Below are positions 8,456 to 18,144 of a stretch of 64,000 nucleotides of DNA, piece by piece. The notes beneath the pieces are model-generated. The model saw only the letters and a program-made list of their open reading frames with translations. It was not told where the DNA came from and did not search any database. This DNA comes from an uncultured Hyphomicrobium sp. Lineage in GTDB: Bacteria; Pseudomonadota; Alphaproteobacteria; Rhizobiales; Hyphomicrobiaceae. The DNA is taken from NCBI GenBank assembly GCA_964471635.1, contig CAYYGO010000013.1:10594-74593 (forward strand), read 5' to 3'. Both the position numbers and the translations under genes were made by a program. Every line of letters begins with the position of its first letter. Position 1 is the first letter of the stretch.

Positions 8456-9043
8456 ATGTTGTATTCGTTCACGCGTCTGGCGGCCATGCTGGTCGTCGCT
8501 GTCGTCGCGGCTGGCGGCCTGTCCGCTACGGCATCCGCACAATCCACCTACAAGCCGATTTATGCCGGCAACGCGGACTACGATTCGGGAAGCTACTCGG
8601 CCGCGCCCATCTATCCGCAGCAGAAGAGCAAGAAAACAGCTTCGACAGGCAAGAAGTACTCGGGCGTCAAGGTCGCGGCTCTCAACAAGGACGAGAGCTA
8701 TGGCTACAAGCCCTCGAAGCCCAGCATCACCGGTGGCGGGGGCGTGAAGTGGGTTGCCTCGTCGGGTTGCCTAGACGGCAGTCTGAAAAGCGTGATCTAT
8801 CAGGTGGCAGCGAACTACGGACCGGTGACCGTAAGCTCGACGTGCCGCAGCAAGTCGCACAACGCCAGGGTCGGCGGTGCGCCAAGATCCAAACATCTCT
8901 CGGGCGAAGCGGCCGACTTCCGCGTGCACAGCAACGTGTCGGCCGCCTACGCCTATTTGCGGAGTAGCGGTTCCGTCGGCGGCCTGAAGCACTACGGCGG
9001 CGGCCTTTTCCACATCGACACCGGACCGCGCCGTAGCTGGTGA
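8456..9043 (+). CDS. Peptidase M15A / DUF882 family (MepK/YcbK-like murein endopeptidase), secreted
   Basis: Signal peptide MLYSFTRLAAMLVVAVVAAGGLSATASAQ. The C-terminal signature is CRSKSHNARVGGAPRSKHLSGEAADFRV...GGLKHYGGGLFHIDTGPRRSW (H..D..H zinc site). The ATG at 8456 is preceded by GGAG. Confidence 0.8.
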   Translation: MLYSFTRLAAMLVVAVVAAGGLSATASAQSTYKPIYAGNADYDSGSYSAAPIYPQQKSKKTASTGKKYSGVKVAALNKDESYGYKPSKPSITGGGGVKWVASSGCLDGSLKSVIYQVAANYGPVTVSSTCRSKSHNARVGGAPRSKHLSGEAADFRVHSNVSAAYAYLRSSGSVGGLKHYGGGLFHIDTGPRRSW

Positions 9044-9158
9044 TGCCGTCAGGTCGCGTCCTGGTGCGATAGGCGGTTTCCGCCATTTCCGCCACATCGC
9101 GTCGGGCCGGCCGGCATTGCGACGGTGGTTCGGATTGGGCGCGGCCCGAACGGCGCGA

Positions 9159-11042
9159 TCATGTCCGCGGGGGCGGGCTGGCGCCGTCAGCCGGCTTCCC
9201 GTTGAAGGTAGGCGCCGTCGACGACCGCGCAGGACGGGTAGAGTAGCGAAAGGCGGGTGAGGCCCACGGGCCGCGGGCGGTGAGAAGCTCGACCCGTTCG
9301 GCGGCCACGTCGCGAGCTCCGACCGCGGACGCAGCCGGCGAAGGCAAGCGCACAAGAGAGAAATCCGCGTTGACTGATCTGGCGCGGTTGTCGAGCGTGC
9401 CGACCGCTGTCAGCAAACGGTCGGCAAACTCGACGCGTACGGCGTCGGCCAGCGCAACACCCGAATTCAGCGTCATTCGCGCGCTGAGCGACTTGAAGGG
9501 AGTGCTGCCGCGCGCTGAGGGCCCCCAGCCCTCGCCATCTGCAACTTTGGCTAAGCCTGAGAACAACTGCAAGACATCAAGGCCGAGGGAGCCACCCTCG
9601 GTCATCTCAACGCCGATCTTGCCGCTGACGCGACCTGCGACCTGCTCCGCGGTCTCGCCGTTGCTCGTCAAATCGAACACGACGTTGGACCGGCCGGAAG
9701 CGACCGGATGATCGACCAGCGCCTTGGCGAATGCCGAGGCGTCGATGGCCTCGAACTTGCCGCGCACGCCGTAGCGCGGCACTGCGCTCCCCATGTCGAT
9801 CATGACCTGACCGCGTGCGCTGGCGTCGTCGCCGACGTCGATCTCGGCGATATCGGCCAGCAGCTTGCCGCCTTTTACGGATAGCGATGCAGCGCTGCGG
9901 CCAAAGCTCGCCCGTCCGGCCAGGAGCCGCTCGGCGGAGATGCGCACATCGGCGTCGACATGCTTGATTAGCGGCACGCCGAAGGCAGCAGAATCGGCAG
10001 AGCCGCCAGGCCACAACCAGCCCAGATGGAGCAGGGCGGCGGATTTTGAGGCGGGTGGAGCACTTTCAAGGTAGGGCGCGAGGTCAAGCCGCTTCAAGGC
10101 GAGCGTTCCGCCAACCTCGGGGTTTTGCTGTCCCCATTTCAGCACCATCGTGCCCGTAGCCTCGTTGCCATCCATAGCGAACGCGGCATCCTGGAACGTC
10201 ACCATCCGGTCGACCCAGTCCAGACGACCCTTTGCGCGGAAGGGGCCAAACCCGCGCTCGCCGGGCCACGCCGTTCCAAGCCATTGCGCGAGACTGCGGA
10301 TGCTCGGCGATGTGACCTCCGCCTGGGGCGCCATCAGCTTCAGCGTCTTCCCGACGAGCAGCCGACCATCGGTGATGCTGGCCTCGACGAGCGAGCCCTT
10401 GACCGATACTTTGAGCGGGAGCCGCACGGCATCCTTCTGGTCGCTCTGCAAGCCCAGTGTCGCATCGAGCGCCAACTGCCGGCCCTGCAACTCGAACGAG
10501 CCGTTGACCGTCACGGCAGTGCCGCGCTTCAGGCCCACATCGACACGAACGTCGCTCAGGATCTCGCTCGTGCCGCTGCTGCGGCGCAGCACAATGACGC
10601 CGCGTCGGATGGCCACAGACTCGAACTCGAGGCGCCGGAGCGCAGCTATGAGCGGCGCGGCGAGCAGTGCAACGTCCGCATCCGGAGCTGCCCTGCTCTC
10701 GCCGTCTATATCGAGCACCAGCGTGGCATCCTCAAGCGTCAGGCGCGCGCTGTTGGAAGCAAGCAGGCGGGTAACCATATCGCCGGTAAGTGGACGGCCG
10801 GTCTTGTCACGAGTGATCGACAACTGGCCGCGCTCGAGCGTCAGGCCCGGCTCGGACGAGAGCGTGATCGGGGAGGTAATGGCCAGCACATCGCGCGCTG
10901 CAGCCTGCACCGTCGCGTTCTGGATGGTGAGGGACTGCGTTCGTCCACCGACAAATATGGGGACGCTGAGCCCAAGCGTGACGAACGCCAGCACAGCGGT
11001 GACCGCAACAAGATAGCGCTGACTGGGTCGCACCTGCGTCAT
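9159..11042 (-). CDS. AsmA-family outer-membrane biogenesis protein
   Basis: N-terminal anchor MTQVRPSQRYLVAVTAVLAFVTLGLSV followed by about 600 aa of beta-rich repetitive sequence typical of AsmA-like proteins. The start at M49 of the listed ORF is assumed. Confidence 0.7.
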   Translation of the reverse strand: MTQVRPSQRYLVAVTAVLAFVTLGLSVPIFVGGRTQSLTIQNATVQAAARDVLAITSPITLSSEPGLTLERGQLSITRDKTGRPLTGDMVTRLLASNSARLTLEDATLVLDIDGESRAAPDADVALLAAPLIAALRRLEFESVAIRRGVIVLRRSSGTSEILSDVRVDVGLKRGTAVTVNGSFELQGRQLALDATLGLQSDQKDAVRLPLKVSVKGSLVEASITDGRLLVGKTLKLMAPQAEVTSPSIRSLAQWLGTAWPGERGFGPFRAKGRLDWVDRMVTFQDAAFAMDGNEATGTMVLKWGQQNPEVGGTLALKRLDLAPYLESAPPASKSAALLHLGWLWPGGSADSAAFGVPLIKHVDADVRISAERLLAGRASFGRSAASLSVKGGKLLADIAEIDVGDDASARGQVMIDMGSAVPRYGVRGKFEAIDASAFAKALVDHPVASGRSNVVFDLTSNGETAEQVAGRVSGKIGVEMTEGGSLGLDVLQLFSGLAKVADGEGWGPSARGSTPFKSLSARMTLNSGVALADAVRVEFADRLLTAVGTLDNRARSVNADFSLVRLPSPAASAVGARDVAAERVELLTARGPWASPAFRYSTRPARSSTAPTFNGKPADGASPPPRT

Positions 11043-11420
11043 AAGCCGGACTGTCCTGCAAGATCGACGGCTGCCGCCGGAAGGGCCATGGTCCGGGCGT
11101 GGTGCCCGCAAGTTGCCAGGCACCACCTCCGTGCTGCACTGCATTTTGGTTGTAACGAACGCCGCGCCGCCGGCGCAAGACCTCATTGCGGATTGCGCGC
11201 GTGATTCTGAATTTACGCGCTACAACTTCACTTTACCGTAGGAGCGCCGGCCGCACTTTGCGTAGACGCAAATCTCACGCACCTCGTGCATATTATGCGA
11301 CGCGGATCCCGCGGCGCGCGGGTCTGCCGCGTCAGGCCTGCTCTGCGGTGGCCGCTGCACCGGGAGGTATGCGCCGATCGCGGGGGATCAAATCCTGAGG
11401 GAAGCGCGCTGTGGCGCGCG

Positions 11421-12488
11421 GTGGTGCTCGTGAGACAGCCCTTTACAATCGGAGGCACGACGATTGCCAGCGGGGAGCGCCAGCTTGTCGATTTGCCCGT
11501 CTCGAAGCTCTCCAATCACACCCCTGTAACGCTTCCGGTGCATGTTCTGCACGGGCCGCGAGCAGGCCCGACGATGTTCCTCACAGCGGCCGTCCACGGC
11601 GACGAGCTCAACGGCGTCGAGATCATTCGCCGTGTCCTGCGCACGCTGCAGCCCGGCAACCTGTCCGGAACGCTGCTGGCGGTGCCGGTGGTCAATGCCT
11701 ATGGATTTATCGGCCGGTCGCGCTATTTGCCCGACCGGCGGGACCTCAACCGATCGTTCCCGGGCTCGGCGAACGGATCGCTCGCCGCGCGGCTGGCGCA
11801 CATCCTGCTGACCGAGGTCGTCAAGCGGTCGCATATCGGTATCGACCTGCACACGGCGGCGATCCATCGCGTGAACCTGCCGCAGATCCGCTGCGAGTAC
11901 TCGCGCCGTCCCCGCGCCCGCGAGCTTTCGGAGGCGTTCGGTACCGAGGTCGTTCTGGACAGCCCTGAGCGCCCCGGCTCGCTGAGAAAGTCGGCGCGCG
12001 AGCTCGGCGTCGATGTTCTCGTCTACGAAGGCGGAGAAGGGCTGCGGTTCGACGAGTTCGCGATCAAGGCCGCGGTCGACGGCATCGCGGGCGTTATGCT
12101 CAAGATCGGCATGCTCGAGCTGCCGGACGGTGTCGACACCGCATCCGATCCGGCAGCGCGGCGCCTGCAGCTCTTCGCAAACGCGTCAAAATGGGTGCGT
12201 GCGCCCGAGGGAGGCGTGCTGCGGACGTCGAAACGCATTGGCGATGCCGTCTCGGAGAACGAGATTATCGGCTACATCGCCAACCCCTACGAGGAAGGTG
12301 ACGTCGAGGTGCGCTCGCCGAAGCGCGGGCTCATCATCGGCCGCACCACACTGCCGATTATCAACATGGGCGACGCGCTGTTCCACATCGCGTGGTCGGA
12401 GGAAATCGAGCGCTCGAAGCCGCGACTGAAGGATTTGGCGAAAGAGCCTGTTGCCGAGCCGCTGATGGACGAGGACGAGATTATCTGA
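11421..12488 (+). CDS. Succinylglutamate desuccinylase/aspartoacylase (AstE/AspA) family zinc hydrolase
   Basis: PFTIGGTTIASGERQLVDLPVSKL...VHVLHGPRAGPTMFLTAAVHGDELNGVEIIRRV and RDLNRSFPGS are family hallmarks. The ORF is open from 11286. In-frame GTGs at 11421, 11424 and 11430 give the normal length, so the start is uncertain. Confidence 0.8.
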   Translation: MVLVRQPFTIGGTTIASGERQLVDLPVSKLSNHTPVTLPVHVLHGPRAGPTMFLTAAVHGDELNGVEIIRRVLRTLQPGNLSGTLLAVPVVNAYGFIGRSRYLPDRRDLNRSFPGSANGSLAARLAHILLTEVVKRSHIGIDLHTAAIHRVNLPQIRCEYSRRPRARELSEAFGTEVVLDSPERPGSLRKSARELGVDVLVYEGGEGLRFDEFAIKAAVDGIAGVMLKIGMLELPDGVDTASDPAARRLQLFANASKWVRAPEGGVLRTSKRIGDAVSENEIIGYIANPYEEGDVEVRSPKRGLIIGRTTLPIINMGDALFHIAWSEEIERSKPRLKDLAKEPVAEPLMDEDEII

Positions 12489-12526
12489 CGCCCTGGCTCG
12501 GCGGCGTGCGGGGTGCAGCCAGGCGC

Positions 12527-14272
12527 TCAGCCCGCGCCACCGCCCGCACGGCCTCCGGCAACCGCCTTGTGCAGCAACAGCACTGGCACGAGGCCCACCG
12601 CGACAATGGTCAGGGCGCCGAGTGCGGCGTCCTCGAACTGCTCGAGCGCCGCGAAACCATAGACGTGGGTCGCCAGAGTCTCGAAGTTGAACGGGCGCAG
12701 CAGCAACGTCGCCGGCAGCTCCTTCATGGCGTCGACGAACACCAGTAGGCCCGCCGCCCCCACCGCCGGCAGCAGCATCGGCAAATGGACGCGCAACAGC
12801 GTCGACAGGGCCGTCTCTCCGAGCGCACGCGCCGCAGCGTCGAGGCTCGGCGAGATCCGGCCCAGCCCCGACTCGATTGTGCCGAGCGCGACGGCCATGA
12901 AGCGGATCACGAGCGCCAGCGCGAGCGCGAACAGCGAGCCCGACAGAACAAGTCCCGTCGAGACGCCGAGCGTAGCGCGGAACCAGGCGTCGACTGCGTT
13001 GTCGAAGGCGGCGAGCGGTACCATGAGGCCAATCGCCATTACCGTGCCGGGCACCGCATAGCCGAGGCCTGCGACGCGGATCGCAGGCCGGGTGAAGCCG
13101 TTGGTCGCGGCTCGGTTGGCATAGGCGAGCACGGTAGCAAGCACGACCGCGACCGCACCGGCCACCGTCGCTAGCAGCAGGCTGTTGCCAATTGCAGGCA
13201 TCAGGCCGCCGTCAAGCGAGGATTCTCCGTGCAGCAGCGCGTGGCGTACGAGCACCAGCGCCGGCACGAGGAAACCGACGACGAATGGCAGGGTGCACAA
13301 AATGCACGCGGCAACGCCCCGCCAACCCTCGAGGTCCTTGAACGGTATCGACCGGTAGCGCCCCGACGTATTGTGGCTCTCTGCGCCGCCGCGCGCCAGT
13401 CGCTCGATCAGAAACAGCAGCAGGACGAGGGCCAGCAATACCGCCGAGATCTGCGCCGCCCCGGCGAGGCTCGAGCGCTGCAGCCATGTGGCGTAGATGC
13501 TGGCCGACAGCGTTTCGACGCCAAGGTATTGGACCGCTCCGAGATCGTTGACGCTCTCCATCAGCGCGAGCGCCACGCCGGCGGCCAGTGCAGGCCTCGC
13601 AAGCGGCAGCGCAACGGAGCGAAACGCGCCGAGCGGCGTGCGGCCGAGCGTTCGGGCGACCTCGAGCGCACAGACCGACTGCTGCACGAAGCTCGCCCGC
13701 GCCGAGAGATATACATATGGATAGAGAACGGCCGAAAAAATGAGGATCGTGCCCGGAAGGGAACGGATGTCGGGGAACCAGTAGTCCTGAGGACCGCGCG
13801 CGCCGATGATCTGGCGAAGTCCCGTCTGAACCGGCCCTGCATAGTCGAGCAGCTCGACGTAGCAATAAGCCACGATGTACGTCGGCATCGCCAGAGGGAT
13901 CACGAGCAGCCGGTCGGCCAGTGCGCGTCCCGGGAAGCGGTGCATCGTGACGAGCCATGCCGTGCCTGTGCCGACGATCAGCACCAGAACGCCGACGCCC
14001 GAGAGCAATAGCGCGGTGTTGAGGAGTGCACCGGGCAGCACGGTGGCGACGAGGTGCGGCCACACGCCGTCGGCCGGGCGCATGGCAAGCGCCAGGATTG
14101 CGGCAACGGGCAGCAACATGCCGGCGACGATCAACGCGACCGTAACCGTCCAGCCCGGCGACGAGCGGCGGCGCAAACGCCACTTTTCCAGGCGACGGCG
14201 CGCGTGACCCGCCAGCGCCAGGAGCGACGCTCCAGCGGCCGCGGGTGAGAACGGTTCGCGCGAGGTTGTCAT
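12527..14272 (-). CDS. Iron(III) ABC transporter permease (FbpB/AfuB-like, duplicated permease domain)
   Basis: 581 aa with about 12 TM segments and two internal permease repeats. It lies directly downstream of an Fe3+-type periplasmic binding protein. Confidence 0.85.
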   Translation of the reverse strand: MTTSREPFSPAAAGASLLALAGHARRRLEKWRLRRRSSPGWTVTVALIVAGMLLPVAAILALAMRPADGVWPHLVATVLPGALLNTALLLSGVGVLVLIVGTGTAWLVTMHRFPGRALADRLLVIPLAMPTYIVAYCYVELLDYAGPVQTGLRQIIGARGPQDYWFPDIRSLPGTILIFSAVLYPYVYLSARASFVQQSVCALEVARTLGRTPLGAFRSVALPLARPALAAGVALALMESVNDLGAVQYLGVETLSASIYATWLQRSSLAGAAQISAVLLALVLLLFLIERLARGGAESHNTSGRYRSIPFKDLEGWRGVAACILCTLPFVVGFLVPALVLVRHALLHGESSLDGGLMPAIGNSLLLATVAGAVAVVLATVLAYANRAATNGFTRPAIRVAGLGYAVPGTVMAIGLMVPLAAFDNAVDAWFRATLGVSTGLVLSGSLFALALALVIRFMAVALGTIESGLGRISPSLDAAARALGETALSTLLRVHLPMLLPAVGAAGLLVFVDAMKELPATLLLRPFNFETLATHVYGFAALEQFEDAALGALTIVAVGLVPVLLLHKAVAGGRAGGGAG

Positions 14273-14423
14273 AGGACGACCCAGTCATGTGACGACGCCG
14301 TCAAGGGGCGCTTGCGACCGTCGCCGGACGCGCGACGCACGGGGCTGACGAATACCGAGGATCGTGCCGGACGGTAGGGCAAAAGCGGACGGCGACATCC
14401 GCGGTGGCAGGCGATACGCGGCA

Positions 14424-14452
14424 CGCGGCGCCGGCTTTTGGCCGACGCCGCG
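14424..14452 (-). other. Intercistronic stem-loop between the binding-protein and permease genes
   Basis: 12 bp stem with one mismatch (CGCGGCGCCGGC / GCCGACGCCGCG) and a TTTTG loop, inside the 195 nt gap between the two ABC genes. Confidence 0.35.
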
Positions 14453-14467
14453 CGTCGCATGCTGAGA

Positions 14468-15523
14468 TCAGGAGCTTGGACCAGAATCGAACTTCACCTT
14501 GTCGACCATCTCCGAGGCCTTGCGGCGGAACCCGGCGATAGTCGCGAGCGGCAGCGTGTCAGCTTTGAGCGCACCCCAGCTCTTCAGCAGTGCGCTTTCC
14601 GCCACGCCGGCGACGACCGGGTATTCGCTATTCGCCTCGGCGTAGATGGCCTGAGCGACGGGCGAGGCGAGGAACGTGACCAGCTTCACGGCGTTGGCCT
14701 TGTTCGGTGCGTTTGCCGCGAGTGCCACGCCGGAGATGTTGACGTGCGTGCCCTTGCCAGCCGCGCTCGGGAACACGAGGCGCACGGCGTCGGCCCATGC
14801 CTTCTGCTCAGGGTTCTTGAGCATGGCCGCCATGTAGTAGGTATTGCCGACTGCGATATCACATAGTCCGGCCTGCACGTCGCGCACCGCTTCGCGGTCG
14901 CCACCGGCGGGCTTGCGTGCCAGATTGTCCTTGAGGCCCTTCAGCCATGTCTCGGCTTTCTCCTCGCCGAGATGCGCGATCATCGCCGCGACCAGCGCGA
15001 CGTTGTAGGTGTGCTGACCCGAGCGGATGCAGATCTTGCCCTTCCATTTGGGGTCGGCCAGCTCCTCGTAGGACACTGGGGCGTCCTTGACGCGATCCCG
15101 CGAAACGTAGAGCACGCGTGCGCGCTGGGTCAGAGCGTACCAGTGCCCCTCTGGGTCGCGCAGATGCGCGGGGATCGCCATGTCGAGGTCCTTCGAGGCG
15201 ATCGGCTGCGTGGCTGCCTGCGCCTTGGCCTGTATGAGAATGCCGGACTCGTTCGTCAGAAGCACGTCGGCCGGGCTGTTCTTGCCCTCCGAGACCAGCC
15301 GCTCGACGAGCCCGTCCTTGGCGAAGATGACATTGGTCTTGATGCCGGTCTGTTCGGTGAACGCCTTCAAGAGCGGCTCGATCAGCTTCGGTTCGCGATA
15401 GGAGTAGATGTTGATCTCGTCGGCCGCGGTGGCGGGGCCCGCGAGGACTGTTGCGAGCACAAGGGTCGCCGCCACGCCGGCGGACTTGATCGGCTGAGTG
15501 AGCTTCGGGTGAGATCTCGTCAT
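14468..15523 (-). CDS. Fe(3+) ABC transporter periplasmic substrate-binding protein (FbpA/AfuA-like)
   Basis: Signal peptide ...AGVAATLVLATVLAGPATAADEINIYSYREPKLIEPLLKAFTEQTGIKTNV matches the FbpA-type N-terminus. An alternative ATG at 15535 is possible. Confidence 0.85.
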   Translation of the reverse strand: MTRSHPKLTQPIKSAGVAATLVLATVLAGPATAADEINIYSYREPKLIEPLLKAFTEQTGIKTNVIFAKDGLVERLVSEGKNSPADVLLTNESGILIQAKAQAATQPIASKDLDMAIPAHLRDPEGHWYALTQRARVLYVSRDRVKDAPVSYEELADPKWKGKICIRSGQHTYNVALVAAMIAHLGEEKAETWLKGLKDNLARKPAGGDREAVRDVQAGLCDIAVGNTYYMAAMLKNPEQKAWADAVRLVFPSAAGKGTHVNISGVALAANAPNKANAVKLVTFLASPVAQAIYAEANSEYPVVAGVAESALLKSWGALKADTLPLATIAGFRRKASEMVDKVKFDSGPSS

Positions 15524-15669
15524 TGCTTGCTCCAATAGTCGGGGTTCAAGGCCCCGGTATCGGTTGCCGGTCCGCTGGACCGGACGCGGCGGAACATCCG
15601 CCGCGCGAGACGAAGTAAGCAGCGCGTCCGCAAGCGGTCAATGCTGCTTTATGGTTCAATGACTTGATT

Positions 15670-15686
15670 GGAATTACTCTAATTCC
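15670..15686. promoter_or_regulatory. Perfect 7-3-7 AT-rich palindrome GGAATTA-CTC-TAATTCC upstream of the Fe3+ ABC operon
   Basis: Read directly. It lies about 140 nt upstream of the fbpA-like start and 32 nt downstream of the histidine-kinase stop. The architecture (7-N3-7) is the same as iron-control-element-type operators, but the sequence differs. Confidence 0.3.
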
Positions 15687-15717
15687 AGGGAGCCATCTCG
15701 GCGGTGGGCCGTCGGCC

Positions 15718-17208
15718 TCAAACCGGCACCACGCGATCCTCGCCGAAGGTCACGATGGCGGCGGTGCCCCGGCCCGGCTCGCTCTCCAGATGCAGGGCGG
15801 CGCCATTGGCCAGCGCCAGCGTTCGCACGAGCGGCAGGCCGATTCCGAGACCGCCGCCAAAGCGCGCCGAGGGAGCAGTATCTTCGGTCTGTGCCATGAC
15901 GCGCGCGATCTCCGCCCTGCCCATGCCGCGGCCGCTGTCGCGGATCTCGAGTGACACCGCGCCGCACGAGTGGTGGCGGGTGACGACCTCGATCCGACCG
16001 CCTGGCTCGGTGAAGCGGATCGCATTGGTGAGGAGGTTGAGGGCGATCTGACGCACGGCGGTTCGGTCGGCGATGAGGTGCGGCAGGCGCGGAGCCAACT
16101 CGCCTGTCAGCAAGAGACCGGCGGCCTCCGCAAGCGGCTTAAGCGACGACACGCAGCTTTCGGCGGTCGCATTGAGATCGACCTCGGTGAAGGCCATGGA
16201 CTGGCGGGTGCCTTGCGTGTCGTGGGCGACCGCCTCTAACCCGCCATCGCCAGACATGCCCGTGTCCGACTGGCTTGCGCCGGTGCGTGCTTCGAGCAGG
16301 CTCGAGATGACCGCCAGCGCGTGGCGCGCCGTCTCGTAGATGTCGCCTGCATAGCCGAGGTAGCGGCTGTTGCCGATCGGGCCGAGGCGCTCGTCGCGCA
16401 TGATTTCGGCTGCGGCAACGATGGCGCTGAGCGGCGTCTTGAGCTCGTGGGCCAGTTTGGCGACCGCGTCGCGGGGCAGCATTCCGGACCGACCGGTGTG
16501 CATGGCTGAGGGCAGTCCGTCGGGGTTCTGCAAGCTCTGATCGAGGCTGATTCCGGTTGCAGCGGAGACAGCTGACGGGGGGGCAGCCACGCCAGCGGCT
16601 ACTGCCTCGTCACCAGGGGCGACGACGTGAGCCGCGTCCGACACCGCCGCCGCGCGTTCAGCGAGCGCCTCGCGGATGCGCAGGGCGATTGCCGCGAGCG
16701 TTGACGCGTCGTCGGCCGGGCGTGCCGGGTCCGTGGCCTGCCCGACGGTGGCGGGCGAGGTCGGCTCGCCTGCGGGCACCGCCCGTTCCGGATCGATCGC
16801 AGCTGTCGCAGCGACGAGCGAGACAACCGCCAATTTGGAAGACAGACCGTGGTGGACGATCGCGACGCTGCACTCGAGCGTGCGCGGCCCGTCCGCCGAC
16901 AGGAAGACCAGCCGCGCGTGGCGGTCGTTGGTTTCGCGGCGCTCCGGGTCGCCCAGGGGGGCAGAGCGGGGACTGTCCGCCAGCTCGCACAGCTCCTTCA
17001 TGGCGGACTCGGCCACCTCCATCCAGTCCTCTATTCCGATGTCGAGGCCGAAGGCTGCGACGCCCGTCTCGTTGGCGCCGATCACAGTGCGGTGGACGGG
17101 ATCCAGCACGCACGCAGGGTCGCGCGCCGCCGCGAGCAGCTCGAGAGCAATCTGGTGAGCGGGGTTGTCCATCTCGGGACCTGCCGCATGCAGAGTGGCA
17201 AACACCAT
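15718..17208 (-). CDS. Soluble sensor histidine kinase (HisKA + HATPase_c), orphan
   Basis: H-box LAHELKTPLSAIVAAAEIM, N-box LLTNAIRFT, G1 DSGRGM and G2 GGLGIGLPLV. No TM segments. The start was chosen at the internal ATG at 17208 (MVFATLHAAG...); the ORF is open to 17439. Confidence 0.8.
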   Translation of the reverse strand: MVFATLHAAGPEMDNPAHQIALELLAAARDPACVLDPVHRTVIGANETGVAAFGLDIGIEDWMEVAESAMKELCELADSPRSAPLGDPERRETNDRHARLVFLSADGPRTLECSVAIVHHGLSSKLAVVSLVAATAAIDPERAVPAGEPTSPATVGQATDPARPADDASTLAAIALRIREALAERAAAVSDAAHVVAPGDEAVAAGVAAPPSAVSAATGISLDQSLQNPDGLPSAMHTGRSGMLPRDAVAKLAHELKTPLSAIVAAAEIMRDERLGPIGNSRYLGYAGDIYETARHALAVISSLLEARTGASQSDTGMSGDGGLEAVAHDTQGTRQSMAFTEVDLNATAESCVSSLKPLAEAAGLLLTGELAPRLPHLIADRTAVRQIALNLLTNAIRFTEPGGRIEVVTRHHSCGAVSLEIRDSGRGMGRAEIARVMAQTEDTAPSARFGGGLGIGLPLVRTLALANGAALHLESEPGRGTAAIVTFGEDRVVPV

Positions 17209-17489
17209 GGTCGTCCGACTGTTACTCGTATCAGTTCGCGCCGTCCATGAAGCCGGCCCGCTGCATCGGGGATTGTGAGGCGAATTGCTCATCGCCACCA
17301 GGGTTCCAGTGGCTATACTAGCGAACGCGACGTCGGCGCGCCTGCGGTACCCTGCGCCACGTCCGTGTGGGCCGGATGCGCCGCAGCTTTTTTGCTGTGC
17401 GGCCTCTCGAGGGGCGGTATCACGTTCGCACAATGTCACTAAGCTCGCCGAAGACGAAGCCGAGGAAACACAAGCCCAGGAGACTGGCG

Positions 17490-17864
17490 ATGTTCGAGAA
17501 GCCTTCGATGGAAATCCCCGAGTCGGTGCGCGAGATGGCGGAACGCAACGTCGAGCAGACGCGCATGGCCTACGGACAGTTCATGGACATGATGCGCCAG
17601 GCGCAGAGCATGATGACCAAGTCGCAGGGCGCGATGGCGGTCGGAGCGCTCGAGGTGCAGGCGCGCGCCATGCGATTTGCGGAGCAGAACGTCGAGGCGG
17701 GTTTCAATCTCGCTGCCGAGCTCGCGCGTGCCAAGGACGTCAAGGAGTACCTCGAGATCCAGGCGCGCCACGCACAGTCTCAGGTGCAGACCTACAGCCA
17801 GCAGGCCCAGGAGTTGGGCCGCTTGATCACCGAGGCGGCGCAGAAGGCTCAGCCGAAGCCTTGA
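17490..17864 (+). CDS. Phasin (PHA granule-associated protein, Phasin_2-like)
   Basis: MFEKPSMEIPESVREMAERNVEQTRMAYGQFMDMMRQAQ... is helical, about 124 aa, Ala/Gln/Glu-rich. AGGAGA lies 6 nt upstream of the ATG at 17490. Confidence 0.85.
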   Translation: MFEKPSMEIPESVREMAERNVEQTRMAYGQFMDMMRQAQSMMTKSQGAMAVGALEVQARAMRFAEQNVEAGFNLAAELARAKDVKEYLEIQARHAQSQVQTYSQQAQELGRLITEAAQKAQPKP

Positions 17865-18144
17865 CCATCGCTGGTTGATCGGCCGATTGCTCGAACGAGG
17901 GCCTGTCCGGGCGCCGCGGTGGTAGGGCGGCGACCGGAATTCGGACGCCGAAGGGATTGCGGCTCGCCCGATGAGATCGAGCTACTGGCTTTTCCGTGGG
18001 CGACGGCAGACCAAGCTTGGCTCGAGCGTTGCCGGCGCGTCATTTCGCGAGACCGAACCGTTTTGACTTGACGGGCGCGGCCGCTCGGCGTTTTAGATCA
18101 GGTCCGCTGTCGACCGCGCCTCCCGGCGCGCTCGCGGAGCGTTT

